From: Candidatus Nomurabacteria bacterium | Lineage (GTDB): Bacteria > Patescibacteriota > Minisyncoccia > Phycocordibacterales > SBAW01 | Length of the DNA: 64,000 bases | Direction: 5' to 3' | NCBI GenBank assembly: GCA_020854065.1 | Contig: JADZGF010000003.1 | Span: 5,051-69,050 of the forward strand | In this document: positions 37,413 through 46,521 of the stretch, piece after piece | How the letters are laid out: each line of letters starts with the position of its first letter | Numbering within the stretch: position 1 is the stretch's first letter | The notes under the pieces: model-generated | What the model saw: the letters and a program-made list of their open reading frames with translations, nothing else | Databases searched by the model: none | What the model was told of the DNA's origin: nothing | Position numbers and translations under genes: made by a program

Positions 37413-37571
37413 ATGTCACAAGACCGACTCATCCGCCTCCAATGCGCCAAGTGCAAGCGTATTAACTATTGGAGCTCCAAAAACAAGAAGCTCGTCGTGC
37501 GCAAGATCGAGCTGAAGAAGTTCTGCAAATGGTGTAAAGTCCAGCAGGTCCACAAAGAAGCTAAAAAATAG
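37413..37571 (+). CDS. rpmG: 50S ribosomal protein L33
   Basis: 52 aa, below the ORF-track cutoff: MSQDRLIRLQCAKCKRINYWSSKNKKLVVRKIELKKFCKWCKVQQVHKEAKK (CxxC...CxxC zinc ribbon typical of L33). Confidence 0.8.
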   Translation: MSQDRLIRLQCAKCKRINYWSSKNKKLVVRKIELKKFCKWCKVQQVHKEAKK

Positions 37572-37582
37572 GCACAAAAAAT

Positions 37583-37609
37583 CGCTCCCTCAGGGAGCGG
37601 TTCTTTGTG
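37583..37609 (+). terminator. Rho-independent terminator after rpmG
   Basis: CGCTCCCT-CAGGGAGCG followed by GTTCTTTGTG. Confidence 0.6.
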
Positions 37610-37707
37610 CTGATATATTCGGCTTCTTCTTGCGAAGTTGCTTCGTATATCAGCCTAGTAAGAGTACACCTACTTTTTGTTGCCACACAATAGGGTGTGG
37701 ATATCTG

Positions 37708-37778
37708 CGGGCGCTGAAGGAATCGAACCCTCAATAACGGTTTTGGAGACCGTTGTTATACCATTTAACTAAGCGCCC
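37708..37778 (-). tRNA. tRNA-Trp (anticodon CCA)
   Basis: GGGCGCTTAGTTAAATGGTA...; anticodon loop CTCCAAA; T-arm GGTTCGATTCC. Confidence 0.8.
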
Positions 37779-37790
37779 GTTGCCGGCATT

Positions 37791-38675
37791 TTAGCGCGAA
37801 AGGAAAGCTTTAGCTAGTCGCAGAGCTTCTGTTTTTGAGCCGATCCACGCAATATCTTTGTTGCGTTTGAACCACCGCCATTGGCGTTTTGCGTATTGAT
37901 TAATCGCACGTTCAAGTTCCTGCTCAAATTGATCTCGGGTGATTTTCTTTTGCAGGAGTTTTGCCAGGTATCGATACTCGAGCCCGAGCTCGTCCATGCG
38001 CTTGTACGAGAGTCCTTTGGTATGCAGGCGTTTTGCTTCGGCAATCATGCCTTGTTTAAGGCGTGCCCTGAGACGCGCGCTGATGCGTGTAGGAAGGTCT
38101 GCCGGATTAAGTCCGAGCCAGAGCACCTCATACTTTTGTACTGTCTGAGGAGCAGGATTTTTGCCTATGGCGGTGGCAATTTCTATGGCACGGATAAGTC
38201 GGCGCTTGTGGTGGGGTTCGATAGTGGTGGCGCGACGAGGGTCGAGCTTTTGCAGTCGAGCGAAAAGAGTATCTGTGGAGAGAAGTTCCAGTTTTGCGCG
38301 AAGTGCGGGATTAGGCGGCACCTCTGCGTATGACATACGCCCGAGCAGCATATCAACATATAGTCCTGTGCCGCCAACTACGATAGGGGTACCGCCGTTG
38401 CGATGTATCGCAGTAATTGTGCGTTCGGCTTTTTTCACAAAATCATCTACCGAAAATTGGCGCTTTGGGGAGGTGGTGTCCAATAGGTGGTGCCGTACTC
38501 CCTGCATTTCTTTTTTAGTTACTTTGCCGGTGCCAATATCAAGTCCTTTGTACACCTGACGGCTATCAGCAGAAATAACCTCGCCACGGAGCTTTTGGGC
38601 AAGGTAAATACCAAGTCCGCTTTTGCCTGAAGCGGTAGGGCCTACTATTGCAATAATCTTCTGCATTACGCGCAT
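37791..38675 (-). CDS. miaA: tRNA dimethylallyltransferase
   Basis: P-loop IVGPTASGKS plus ISADSRQVYKGLDIGTGK; the start may be the downstream ATG at 38666. Confidence 0.85.
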   Translation of the reverse strand: MRVMQKIIAIVGPTASGKSGLGIYLAQKLRGEVISADSRQVYKGLDIGTGKVTKKEMQGVRHHLLDTTSPKRQFSVDDFVKKAERTITAIHRNGGTPIVVGGTGLYVDMLLGRMSYAEVPPNPALRAKLELLSTDTLFARLQKLDPRRATTIEPHHKRRLIRAIEIATAIGKNPAPQTVQKYEVLWLGLNPADLPTRISARLRARLKQGMIAEAKRLHTKGLSYKRMDELGLEYRYLAKLLQKKITRDQFEQELERAINQYAKRQWRWFKRNKDIAWIGSKTEALRLAKAFLSR

Positions 38676-38717
38676 ACAATACGCCCCCGCTCAGCGAATG
38701 CCAAGCGGGGGCGGGGT

Positions 38718-39422
38718 TCATGCAGCACACGAGGTTGCATGATAGTGACGGAGTTTTTCGCGCACCTCGGGCAGAATAATCCGGGCGCGCTCATACAGAT
38801 CAAAGACCTCTGAAGCAGAAACGATGGAGCAGAGTCCTACTTTTACAGAAGGTCTCTCCAGTTGTGCAGCGCCACCTTGTTCGCGGTCGATGCAGACGAT
38901 ACAGTCGCGGACGATGTACCTTTCCAGTCGCAACGGTTCGATACCTTCGCGTACTTTGCTGCCGGCATCCGAGACAACGTCGTCGATCAACAGAACACGT
39001 GATCCGCGGGGGAGTCCTTGTGTTTTCTTGAGCCCGTTACCTTTTTTGAGGGTAAGGAGTGGAACGTCGCGCCGATCAAGGTTGTAGTAATGCTCCTGCA
39101 ATGCTCTTGCAAAAGGTACTCCTGCATCGGGAACGCCACAGAGGCCATCAAACTCAATTTTCGTTTGCGTAAGTCGCTCGTACATAAGCCGAGCAATCAC
39201 ATTGACCTCACTTGGCGTAAGGCGACCAGGGTTGGTCGGGTGCGTGGTGGTGCGGAGATTGAAGTAGGTGGGGCTTCTCGGCAGAGTTGGATCTCTGCGA
39301 TGTGCCGCAAGTTCGAAACCTTTCTCCGTATCAATCTTGATCACACCGGTTCCGTAGAATCCGATGAGAAGTGTCGCGAGCTCCTGCTCGTAATTGAACG
39401 CGGCGGCCATCTGGTGCTCCAA
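38718..39422 (-). CDS. Type I phosphoribosyltransferase, orotate PRTase-like
   Basis: PRPP-binding motif VLLIDDVVSDAGS; PyrE-like RSPTYFNL segment. Confidence 0.5.
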   Translation of the reverse strand: MEHQMAAAFNYEQELATLLIGFYGTGVIKIDTEKGFELAAHRRDPTLPRSPTYFNLRTTTHPTNPGRLTPSEVNVIARLMYERLTQTKIEFDGLCGVPDAGVPFARALQEHYYNLDRRDVPLLTLKKGNGLKKTQGLPRGSRVLLIDDVVSDAGSKVREGIEPLRLERYIVRDCIVCIDREQGGAAQLERPSVKVGLCSIVSASEVFDLYERARIILPEVREKLRHYHATSCAA

Positions 39423-39481
39423 AGGACAAAACTAAAGGCACAGTATCATGCACGCCTAAAAAATGGTAGATTATTTTCATT

Positions 39482-39565
39482 GCCGGAGTGGCGTAATGGT
39501 AGCCGCGCTCGACTCAAAATCGAGTCCCGCAAGGGGTGTGGGTTCAAGTCCCTCCTCCGGCACCA
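39482..39565 (+). tRNA. tRNA-Leu (anticodon CAA), CCA encoded
   Basis: GCCGGAGTGGCGTAATGGTAG...; anticodon loop CTCAAAA; long variable arm; T-arm GGTTCAAGTCC; 3' CCA. Confidence 0.85.
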
Positions 39566-39585
39566 AACACTGATAAAATACATAC

Positions 39586-40557
39586 ATGCCTGAATCGACG
39601 TTTTATAACAATGCAGTGTTCTGGGTCGAAGTTGAGAAGATAAAACCAAACCCTTTTCAGCCTCGAAAAGAGTTTGACGAAGTAAAATTAAACGACCTCG
39701 CAAAATCAATCCGCCAATACGGCGTGTTGCAGCCTTTGGTTGTGTCGCGCAAAGAGGTGGAGCGGCAAGACGGCGGCATGAGTGTTGAGTATGAACTTAT
39801 CGCCGGCGAGCGCCGTTTGCGTGCAAGCAAAATTGCGGGTGTACGAGAAGTGCCAGTACTTATCCGTGCCAGCCACGATGATGATAAGACCAAGCTCGAA
39901 CTTGCCATTATCGAAAACCTCCAGCGAGAGGATTTGAATGCCATTGATCGCGCAAAAGCGTTTGAACAACTCCATGCACAGTTTGGTTTTAAACATTACG
40001 AAATTGCGGAGAAGGTAGGGAAGAGCCGTGAGTATGTCAGCAACAGTGTGCGGCTGTTGATGCTTCCCGATGAGATGCAACAGGCAGTGGTGCTTGGCCG
40101 TATCACGGAAGGTCATTGCCGACCATTGTTAATGTTGGCTGATCGTCCTGAAGAGCAGCTCACGCTCTTTAAAGAGATCATGCTGAAGAAGGTCACCGTG
40201 CGCGATGCTGAGGCTATTGCACGCCGTATTGCGGTTGATAAGGTACGCAAAAAGGAATACGTCTACTCGCCTGAGATTTTGCAAATGGAGCGTGACCTAA
40301 CCGAAGTGTTGGGTACACGGGTGAATATCGAAACGAAAGAAAATGGAGGGAAGTTGGCTATCGACTTTGCGACCGAGGAAGACTTGCGTACTATCTTCCA
40401 TCAGATTGCCGCACGAATAAATGCCCCACAAGCTACTCCTTCTACAGAGGGCACACTCCCTGCTCCTGAACAGGTAGTGAGCGACTTGGATGACCGAAGT
40501 AAAGAGGAGAAAGAAAAGGACGAAAACACCTTCGACCCGACCAGTTTCTCTATCTAA
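39586..40557 (+). CDS. parB: ParB/Spo0J-family partition/nucleoid protein
   Basis: ParB box GVLQPLVV...IAGERRLRASKIAG and HTH region; no adjacent parA. Confidence 0.85.
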   Translation: MPESTFYNNAVFWVEVEKIKPNPFQPRKEFDEVKLNDLAKSIRQYGVLQPLVVSRKEVERQDGGMSVEYELIAGERRLRASKIAGVREVPVLIRASHDDDKTKLELAIIENLQREDLNAIDRAKAFEQLHAQFGFKHYEIAEKVGKSREYVSNSVRLLMLPDEMQQAVVLGRITEGHCRPLLMLADRPEEQLTLFKEIMLKKVTVRDAEAIARRIAVDKVRKKEYVYSPEILQMERDLTEVLGTRVNIETKENGGKLAIDFATEEDLRTIFHQIAARINAPQATPSTEGTLPAPEQVVSDLDDRSKEEKEKDENTFDPTSFSI

Positions 40558-42058
40558 AATCTTTTTCCTTTTCGATTGCCTGGCGTATATGCCGACGGGC
40601 AAGAGTCGTTTTGGCAAAGTCGAGCCATTTTGATTTTGGCTTAGCAGTCTTCTTGGTCTGAATTTCCACAATGTCACCGTTGTGTAAATGGGTATCAAGC
40701 GGAACCATTTTACCGTTTACTTTTGCACCAAACACACGGTCACCAATATCGGAGTGGATTGCGTAGGCAAAATCAACTGGTGAGGACTCGGCAGGGAGAT
40801 CAACCACGTCGCCAGTTGGGGTAAACACAAAGACGCGTCGACTGAAAATGTCAGTTTTAATACTTGTCTCAAGTTCTGGGTCTTCTTCAGCGTCGCCTAA
40901 GTCCGAGAGCCAGGATGGGGCAGAGGAGGGGCTATACCGTGTTTGCGGTGTGTTACTTTTCCTGCCAAACCCGGGGATCAAACTTTTTACCCAGTCAAAA
41001 CTTCCACCACGACTCCCTGTTTTCGCATCCTCTTCTTTATATTCAACGTGCGCAGCGATACCACGCTCAGCCTCTTCATGCATTTCAGGAGTGCGTATTT
41101 GCACTTCGACAATACCTCCGTCGCCGCTAAAGACAGTGGTGTGGAGAGATTTGTAACCGTTTGGTTTCGGAAAGGCGATATAGTCTTTGATTTTATTCGG
41201 AAGTGGCTGATAGATGTTGTTAACCAATCCAAGTACGCGATAGCAGTCTTCGACGGTCGGCACCATAATACGCAACGCGGCGATATCGTAAATCTTTTCG
41301 ATGTCACCATCCTTGCGTTGCAGTTTGCGATAGAGGGAATAGAGTCCCTTGATACGGGAATCAGTTTGGAAGTTCTTAATACTGTTTTGTGCGAATTCTT
41401 TACGCAGCGTATTTGTCATCTTTTGCAGACGATCAAGTGTTGCTTTGCTGCGCTCGGAGAGGAGTTTTTTGGTATCGCGATATTCGTTCGGGAGCACATG
41501 TTCAAAGGAGAGGTCTTCAAGTTCACGGCGTACCAACCCCATACCAAGCCGGTGTGCGATTGATGCGTAAATTTCAAGTGTCTCAAGCCCAATGCGTTTG
41601 CGTTTTTCTTCTGGCACGTGGGCAAGGGTGCGCATGTTGTGCAAGCGGTCCATCAATTTAATGATGAGAACGCGTGCATCTTTGCCCGTTGCAACCAAGA
41701 GTTTGCGAAGACTTTCGCGATGCCGTTCGGCGCCTCGATATTTCAGACGACCTAACTTAGTTACGCCTTCGACTAAGAAGAGTATTTCTTTGCCAAACTC
41801 CCGCTCGATCGTCTCAGGCGCGATACCAACATCTTCGATAGAGTCATGTAATAGACCAGCTGCAATGGTCTTGCTCGACATGCCAATGTCAGCCAAAAGA
41901 TACGCAGTCTCAGAGAGGTGGTCGAAATAGGGGTCGCCACTGAACCGTTTATGGTCTTTATGGGCGTCTTCGGCAAAAGTATAGGCCTTCTCTACTAAAG
42001 CGATGCCTTCTCGTGGGGCACCGCTCATCTTAGCCACTATCTCCTGTATAGAGCGCAT
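40550..42058 (-). CDS. Bifunctional (p)ppGpp synthetase/hydrolase RelA/SpoT homolog (HD + synthetase + TGS, no ACT)
   Basis: HD motif HDSIEDVG, synthetase region, TGS (VFVFTPTGDVVDLP...); 502 aa. Confidence 0.9.
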   Translation of the reverse strand: MRSIQEIVAKMSGAPREGIALVEKAYTFAEDAHKDHKRFSGDPYFDHLSETAYLLADIGMSSKTIAAGLLHDSIEDVGIAPETIEREFGKEILFLVEGVTKLGRLKYRGAERHRESLRKLLVATGKDARVLIIKLMDRLHNMRTLAHVPEEKRKRIGLETLEIYASIAHRLGMGLVRRELEDLSFEHVLPNEYRDTKKLLSERSKATLDRLQKMTNTLRKEFAQNSIKNFQTDSRIKGLYSLYRKLQRKDGDIEKIYDIAALRIMVPTVEDCYRVLGLVNNIYQPLPNKIKDYIAFPKPNGYKSLHTTVFSGDGGIVEVQIRTPEMHEEAERGIAAHVEYKEEDAKTGSRGGSFDWVKSLIPGFGRKSNTPQTRYSPSSAPSWLSDLGDAEEDPELETSIKTDIFSRRVFVFTPTGDVVDLPAESSPVDFAYAIHSDIGDRVFGAKVNGKMVPLDTHLHNGDIVEIQTKKTAKPKSKWLDFAKTTLARRHIRQAIEKEKDFR

Positions 42059-42070
42059 AACGCTCCTATT

Positions 42071-44293
42071 CTACCCCTTTTTAGCCTTGCGAGGGAATCC
42101 TCGTTTCTTTTTTTCTTCCTTCAAAATCTCCAAAGCGCGCTCGAACGTAATGTCATACGGATTATCAGTCTTTAATGAACGGAAGTCTGCTTTGGGCTGT
42201 GTCAGGTGCGCAATGTAGGGGCCAAAGCGTCCCGTGTTTGCAAGTACATCGAGTCCAGTGTCGGGGTGTGAACCGAGTGTGCGTGGAAGCGCTAAGTATT
42301 GGGTCGCATCGGCAACGGTCACTTCTTCAGGTATTTTTTCTTTCGGAATTGATGCGCGTTTTGGCTTTGGGTCTCCTTTCTTAACTTTGCCTGTCGGTTC
42401 ACCGCCCAACTGTACGTATGGGCCAAAGCGACCCGAGAGTACATATATGGGTTCACCGCTCTCAGGATGAGTACCAATTGGTTTTGCGGGTTCGTTGCTG
42501 ATGACTTCGCCGAGCTCTGTGCGTGCACCGGTACACTCAGGGAAGGTGCTGCAGGACATGAACTTGCCTTGGCGGGAGAGTTTAAACACCATCGATTTGC
42601 CACAGACAGGGCAGGTAAACTCTTTTGGTGTGGGACCAAGATCGGTAATCTTACCTGCTTCTTTGTCCTTAATCTTTACCTCCTTAATAAACGGCGTGTA
42701 AAAATCACGGAGCGTCTTTTCATACTCGCGCTCGCCGCTTGCGATCTGGTCGAGTTCGTCTTCCATCTCAGCCGTAAAGGTATCTGAGATATACGTAGGG
42801 AAGTTCTCCTCAAGGAAGCTTGATACGACATCGCCGGTGTCAGTTGGACGCAAAGAACGACCTTCTTTCGTGGTGTAGCCGCGCTGCTCAAGTGTGCGCA
42901 TGATGCTAGCGTAGGTTGATGGGCGGCCGATACCGCGCTTTTCTAATTCTTTAATCAAACCTGCTTCGGTGTAGCGGGGTGGAGGCGTGGTCTGCTTTTC
43001 TTCCATGTGAACATCCTTCACATCGAGATCTTCACCGATATCGGTCTTAGGGAGTTCAACATCCTCGCCGCGTGCAGCAGGGTCAGCTTTGAGCCAGCCG
43101 TCGAATATAACGCGTGAACCAGTTGCCGCAAATTGGGGAACACTCTTGTCCTTTGTCTCGGCAACAATTTTCGTCTTCAGTACTCGTGCGTCAGTCATCT
43201 GCGAACTTACCGCACGACGCCAGATGAGTTCGTATAACTTCTTCTGCTCAGGAGTATTTCCTGCCGACTCCTTCGTAACGTTGGTTGGGCGGATCGCTTC
43301 ATGCGCTTCCTGTGCGTTTTTAGACTTGGTGGCAAAGGTGCGTGACTGCGCATACTCGGCACCATACCTTTTCTCTATCAAAGTGCCCATAGCGGCACGG
43401 GCAGGGGCACCGAGGTTAACCGAGTCGGTGCGCATATAGGTGATATGGCCTTGTTCGTACAGTTTCTGTGCAACCTGCATGGTGCGGCTTGGGCTAAAGC
43501 CAAGACGAGTCGATGCAGATTGCTGGAGAGTTGAGGTGGTAAAAGGGGCACGTGCGGCACGTTTTGCTTCTGCTTCGCTAACGTCAATAATCGCAAGCCC
43601 GTCTTTTTGTACGGACTCAACAATGTGCTCAGCCACTTTTTTATCACGGGGCTCTTCAGCGCAGGTGAGGGTGAGGTGTTCTTTTTTAGGCGTGTGCGTC
43701 TGTGCCGTGATGACGTAGTACGTTTCAGGTATAAACGCACGAATCTCACGTTCACGCTCCATGACGATACGCAGTGCAGGGGATTGTACGCGGCCAGCAG
43801 AAAGACCGTAGCGGACTTTTTTCCAAATAAGACCTGAGAGATCATAGCCCACGAGGCGATCGAGTACCCGACGTGCTTCCTGTGCAAGGCGGAGGTTCTC
43901 GTCGATCTTACGCGGATTCTTGAGCGCTTCTTCAATAGCGTCTTTCGTGATCTCGTGGAAGACGATACGCTCCGGTTTCTTGAGCTTTAACTCCTCCTTT
44001 ATATGCCACGCGATTGCTTCTCCTTCACGGTCGGGGTCAGTCGCTAAAATGACCTCCTTCGCTTTCTTTGCAAGGGTCCGGAGTTCTTCGATGACCTCAA
44101 CTTTGCCCGGCACCACCTCATAGTGGGGAACAAAGCCACCTTCAATATCAATCGCTTTCTTGTTGTTTTTAGGGAGGTCACGTACATGGCCGACGGATGC
44201 ACGCACACGAAAATCCCCCGAAGGATCAATAGCCTCGAGGTATTTCTCAATCGTTTTTGCTTTTGCCGGTGATTCGACGATGACTAACTTCAT
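42071..44293 (-). CDS. topA: DNA topoisomerase I
   Basis: TOPRIM MKLVIVESPAKAKTIEKYL; active-site region; C-terminal zinc ribbons; ATG start chosen. Confidence 0.9.
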   Translation of the reverse strand: MKLVIVESPAKAKTIEKYLEAIDPSGDFRVRASVGHVRDLPKNNKKAIDIEGGFVPHYEVVPGKVEVIEELRTLAKKAKEVILATDPDREGEAIAWHIKEELKLKKPERIVFHEITKDAIEEALKNPRKIDENLRLAQEARRVLDRLVGYDLSGLIWKKVRYGLSAGRVQSPALRIVMEREREIRAFIPETYYVITAQTHTPKKEHLTLTCAEEPRDKKVAEHIVESVQKDGLAIIDVSEAEAKRAARAPFTTSTLQQSASTRLGFSPSRTMQVAQKLYEQGHITYMRTDSVNLGAPARAAMGTLIEKRYGAEYAQSRTFATKSKNAQEAHEAIRPTNVTKESAGNTPEQKKLYELIWRRAVSSQMTDARVLKTKIVAETKDKSVPQFAATGSRVIFDGWLKADPAARGEDVELPKTDIGEDLDVKDVHMEEKQTTPPPRYTEAGLIKELEKRGIGRPSTYASIMRTLEQRGYTTKEGRSLRPTDTGDVVSSFLEENFPTYISDTFTAEMEDELDQIASGEREYEKTLRDFYTPFIKEVKIKDKEAGKITDLGPTPKEFTCPVCGKSMVFKLSRQGKFMSCSTFPECTGARTELGEVISNEPAKPIGTHPESGEPIYVLSGRFGPYVQLGGEPTGKVKKGDPKPKRASIPKEKIPEEVTVADATQYLALPRTLGSHPDTGLDVLANTGRFGPYIAHLTQPKADFRSLKTDNPYDITFERALEILKEEKKKRGFPRKAKKG

Positions 44294-44387
44294 GTACAAG
44301 TAGAGTAGATACCGTATTAGCGTATCACATGTCAACTATAGATCTAAAAAGAGTGAAGCCCCGCAATGTGCGGAGCTCCTGAGTAAC

Positions 44388-44552
44388 TTACCGATATCGT
44401 CGAACGATTTGTGCTTGCCGAATTGCGCACACGTGCTCAAGTGCGTCCGGTTGTCTTTCCGGCGGCACAGTGTTAGCGATGCGTAGCAATGGCTTCATCA
44501 CTTCAGAAAGAATTTCGGCGTCGGCCCTGCTCAATTGAGTTTGGTCAACCAT
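44388..44552 (-). CDS. Hypothetical small protein (54 aa)
   Basis: Strong SD sequence GGAGGGGG upstream of the internal ATG; no recognisable domain. Confidence 0.35.
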   Translation of the reverse strand: MVDQTQLSRADAEILSEVMKPLLRIANTVPPERQPDALEHVCAIRQAQIVRRYR

Positions 44553-44590
44553 AGCCCCCTCCGTTCTGTGAATTACCAACAATAGCTATA

Positions 44591-45250
44591 TCACACAATC
44601 TTTCCGTCGTCCAGGCGTACGATTTTTTCTGCCATACGCCCATATTCTTCTTCGTGGGTAACCATAACAATGGTCTGGCCCGCTTTATGGAGCTCTTTAA
44701 AGATCTCCATGACGCGCTCGCTTGATTCGCGGTCTAAGTTTGCGGTTGGTTCATCGGCAAAGAGAATCTTAGGATCGTGCGCAATTGCCCGAGCAATTGA
44801 AGCTCGCTGCTGTTCACCACCCGACATCTGCGAAGGCAGGTTGTTGAGTCGGTGGCCGAGTCCCACACGCTCGAGCGCTTTAGCTGCTTTCCGCTCAGCA
44901 GATTTAATCTGCTCACCCTGCATCAGGAGGGGAACGACGACGTTTTCAAGTGCGGTGAGGTCGGGGAGAAGTGCGTAGTCTTGGAAGACGTATCCAAAGG
45001 TATTGAGGCGGAAGCGCATCTTTTCTTTCTCGCTCATGTTTTGTGCATGGCGGCCATTGAGGATGATCTCGCCAGTGGTGGGTTGGTCGAGAAGGGAGAG
45101 TTGATATAGGAAAGTTGATTTGCCTGCACCGGAGCGGCCCATGATGGCAAGAAACTCTCCTTGGTCTGCCTTAAAGCTGACACCTTTAAGAACGTGCGTC
45201 TCGATGTCGCCGTTTTTATAAGTCTTCGTAAGGTTGCGTGCTTCAATCAT
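44591..45250 (-). CDS. ABC transporter ATP-binding protein (LolD/MacB-type)
   Basis: Walker A GRSGAGKST, signature LSGGEQQR, Walker B ILFADEPT. Confidence 0.85.
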   Translation of the reverse strand: MIEARNLTKTYKNGDIETHVLKGVSFKADQGEFLAIMGRSGAGKSTFLYQLSLLDQPTTGEIILNGRHAQNMSEKEKMRFRLNTFGYVFQDYALLPDLTALENVVVPLLMQGEQIKSAERKAAKALERVGLGHRLNNLPSQMSGGEQQRASIARAIAHDPKILFADEPTANLDRESSERVMEIFKELHKAGQTIVMVTHEEEYGRMAEKIVRLDDGKIV

Positions 45251-45251
45251 A

Positions 45252-46517
45252 TTAATTTCGTCCGAGGATCGAATCGAGGGTGTTCTTCTTCACAATCATA
45301 CGTGCAGGAATGTATCCGGCGATAACGGTAGCAACGACGAGGAGCGCAACGCGCACCATGGTGTCTGGTATCGGTGCAACCAAGATACCGTCGCTGAACG
45401 GGAAGTCGATCGGATGTGCGGCAACAAACGGCACCAAGAAACCATACAGTACCGCCAAACCAATACCTGAGCCGATGGCCGCATAGAAGAGAGACTGGAA
45501 CATGTAGGAAATCTCTATGGCTTTGCCGTCTATGCCAATACCTTTGAGAATGCCGATAAACTTGCGGCGGGTCAGTGCGTTGATAAATATGACGATGAAA
45601 ATTGTAATCGACGCAACCACAAGGCCAACTGAGCTGATCATGTTGCCCAGCATGGCGAAGGTGTTGGTAATCTCTTGCACACCATCAGGGATAGATTCTT
45701 CAAACGTCTCTACTACTCCATAGTCGCTCACACCGCTGCGTACGAGAAGATCTTTGAACACAATCGGGTCTGTTCCTGGTGTTAGACGCATGGCTATTTC
45801 CGAGAGGTTGTAATCATTGCGACCGATAAGTCCACGCAATTGAGTTGCGGGCATATAGAGGCGCAACGAAAGCTCATCGAGCTTGCTGTCGATTATTCCT
45901 TTAACGGTCACTTCGCGCTCTACGTCACCAATACGCAGACGCAATACACTGCCCACGTCAACATCTTCAAGTACCGTGAGGAGTCCACCGCCACCGCCTG
46001 CGAATGCCGAGTACTGTGCCAAGCGCTGTGAGCCGATAAGGACCTGGTCGTAATCATTTTGGTCGAGATAGGCACCGCTTAATATCATGCCGCCAAGGCT
46101 GGTAAATGCATCTTCAGCTGAAGGATCAATACCTGCTACTTGAAGCGAAACAAAGTTTGGATTTTGTCCCGTACCAACATAGCTTTTATATCCCGCTTCG
46201 AGCGTACCGCTCGTTAGGTAACGGGTCGTGCGTCCGGTGACTTGGGGAAGGGTATCGAGCAGAGCCAATATAGAAGGGCTCTGTTTAATATAGTCCTCGC
46301 CCTCAAGTGGGGAGATGATAACGTCGCCAATGTAATGTGTCTGGTATGCACTATTGATACCGGCCACGAGTCCAACCAAAATGCCGGTGACTACCACCAA
46401 GTTAAGAAAGGTGAGCAGCATCACGAAGACGATAAGAGAGGTCGTCCAAATGCTTGCTCGCTTGATATGCCGCAGGGCGAGATAAAAGCCAATGCGGATG
46501 TTAAGCGGCGAAAACAT
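45252..46517 (-). CDS. ABC transporter permease (FtsX/MacB-like)
   Basis: N-terminal TM, large extracytoplasmic domain, three C-terminal TM helices; operon with the ATPase. Confidence 0.75.
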   Translation of the reverse strand: MFSPLNIRIGFYLALRHIKRASIWTTSLIVFVMLLTFLNLVVVTGILVGLVAGINSAYQTHYIGDVIISPLEGEDYIKQSPSILALLDTLPQVTGRTTRYLTSGTLEAGYKSYVGTGQNPNFVSLQVAGIDPSAEDAFTSLGGMILSGAYLDQNDYDQVLIGSQRLAQYSAFAGGGGGLLTVLEDVDVGSVLRLRIGDVEREVTVKGIIDSKLDELSLRLYMPATQLRGLIGRNDYNLSEIAMRLTPGTDPIVFKDLLVRSGVSDYGVVETFEESIPDGVQEITNTFAMLGNMISSVGLVVASITIFIVIFINALTRRKFIGILKGIGIDGKAIEISYMFQSLFYAAIGSGIGLAVLYGFLVPFVAAHPIDFPFSDGILVAPIPDTMVRVALLVVATVIAGYIPARMIVKKNTLDSILGRN

Positions 46518-46521
46518 GAGT

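Noticed and set aside
37610-37700. Long imperfect palindrome GCTGATATA…TATATCAGC and CCACAC-AATAGG-GTGTGG between rpmG and tRNA-Trp
   Set aside because: Probably intergenic secondary structure or a processing site. There is no T-tract for a terminator on either strand and no coding potential. Noted but not assigned.
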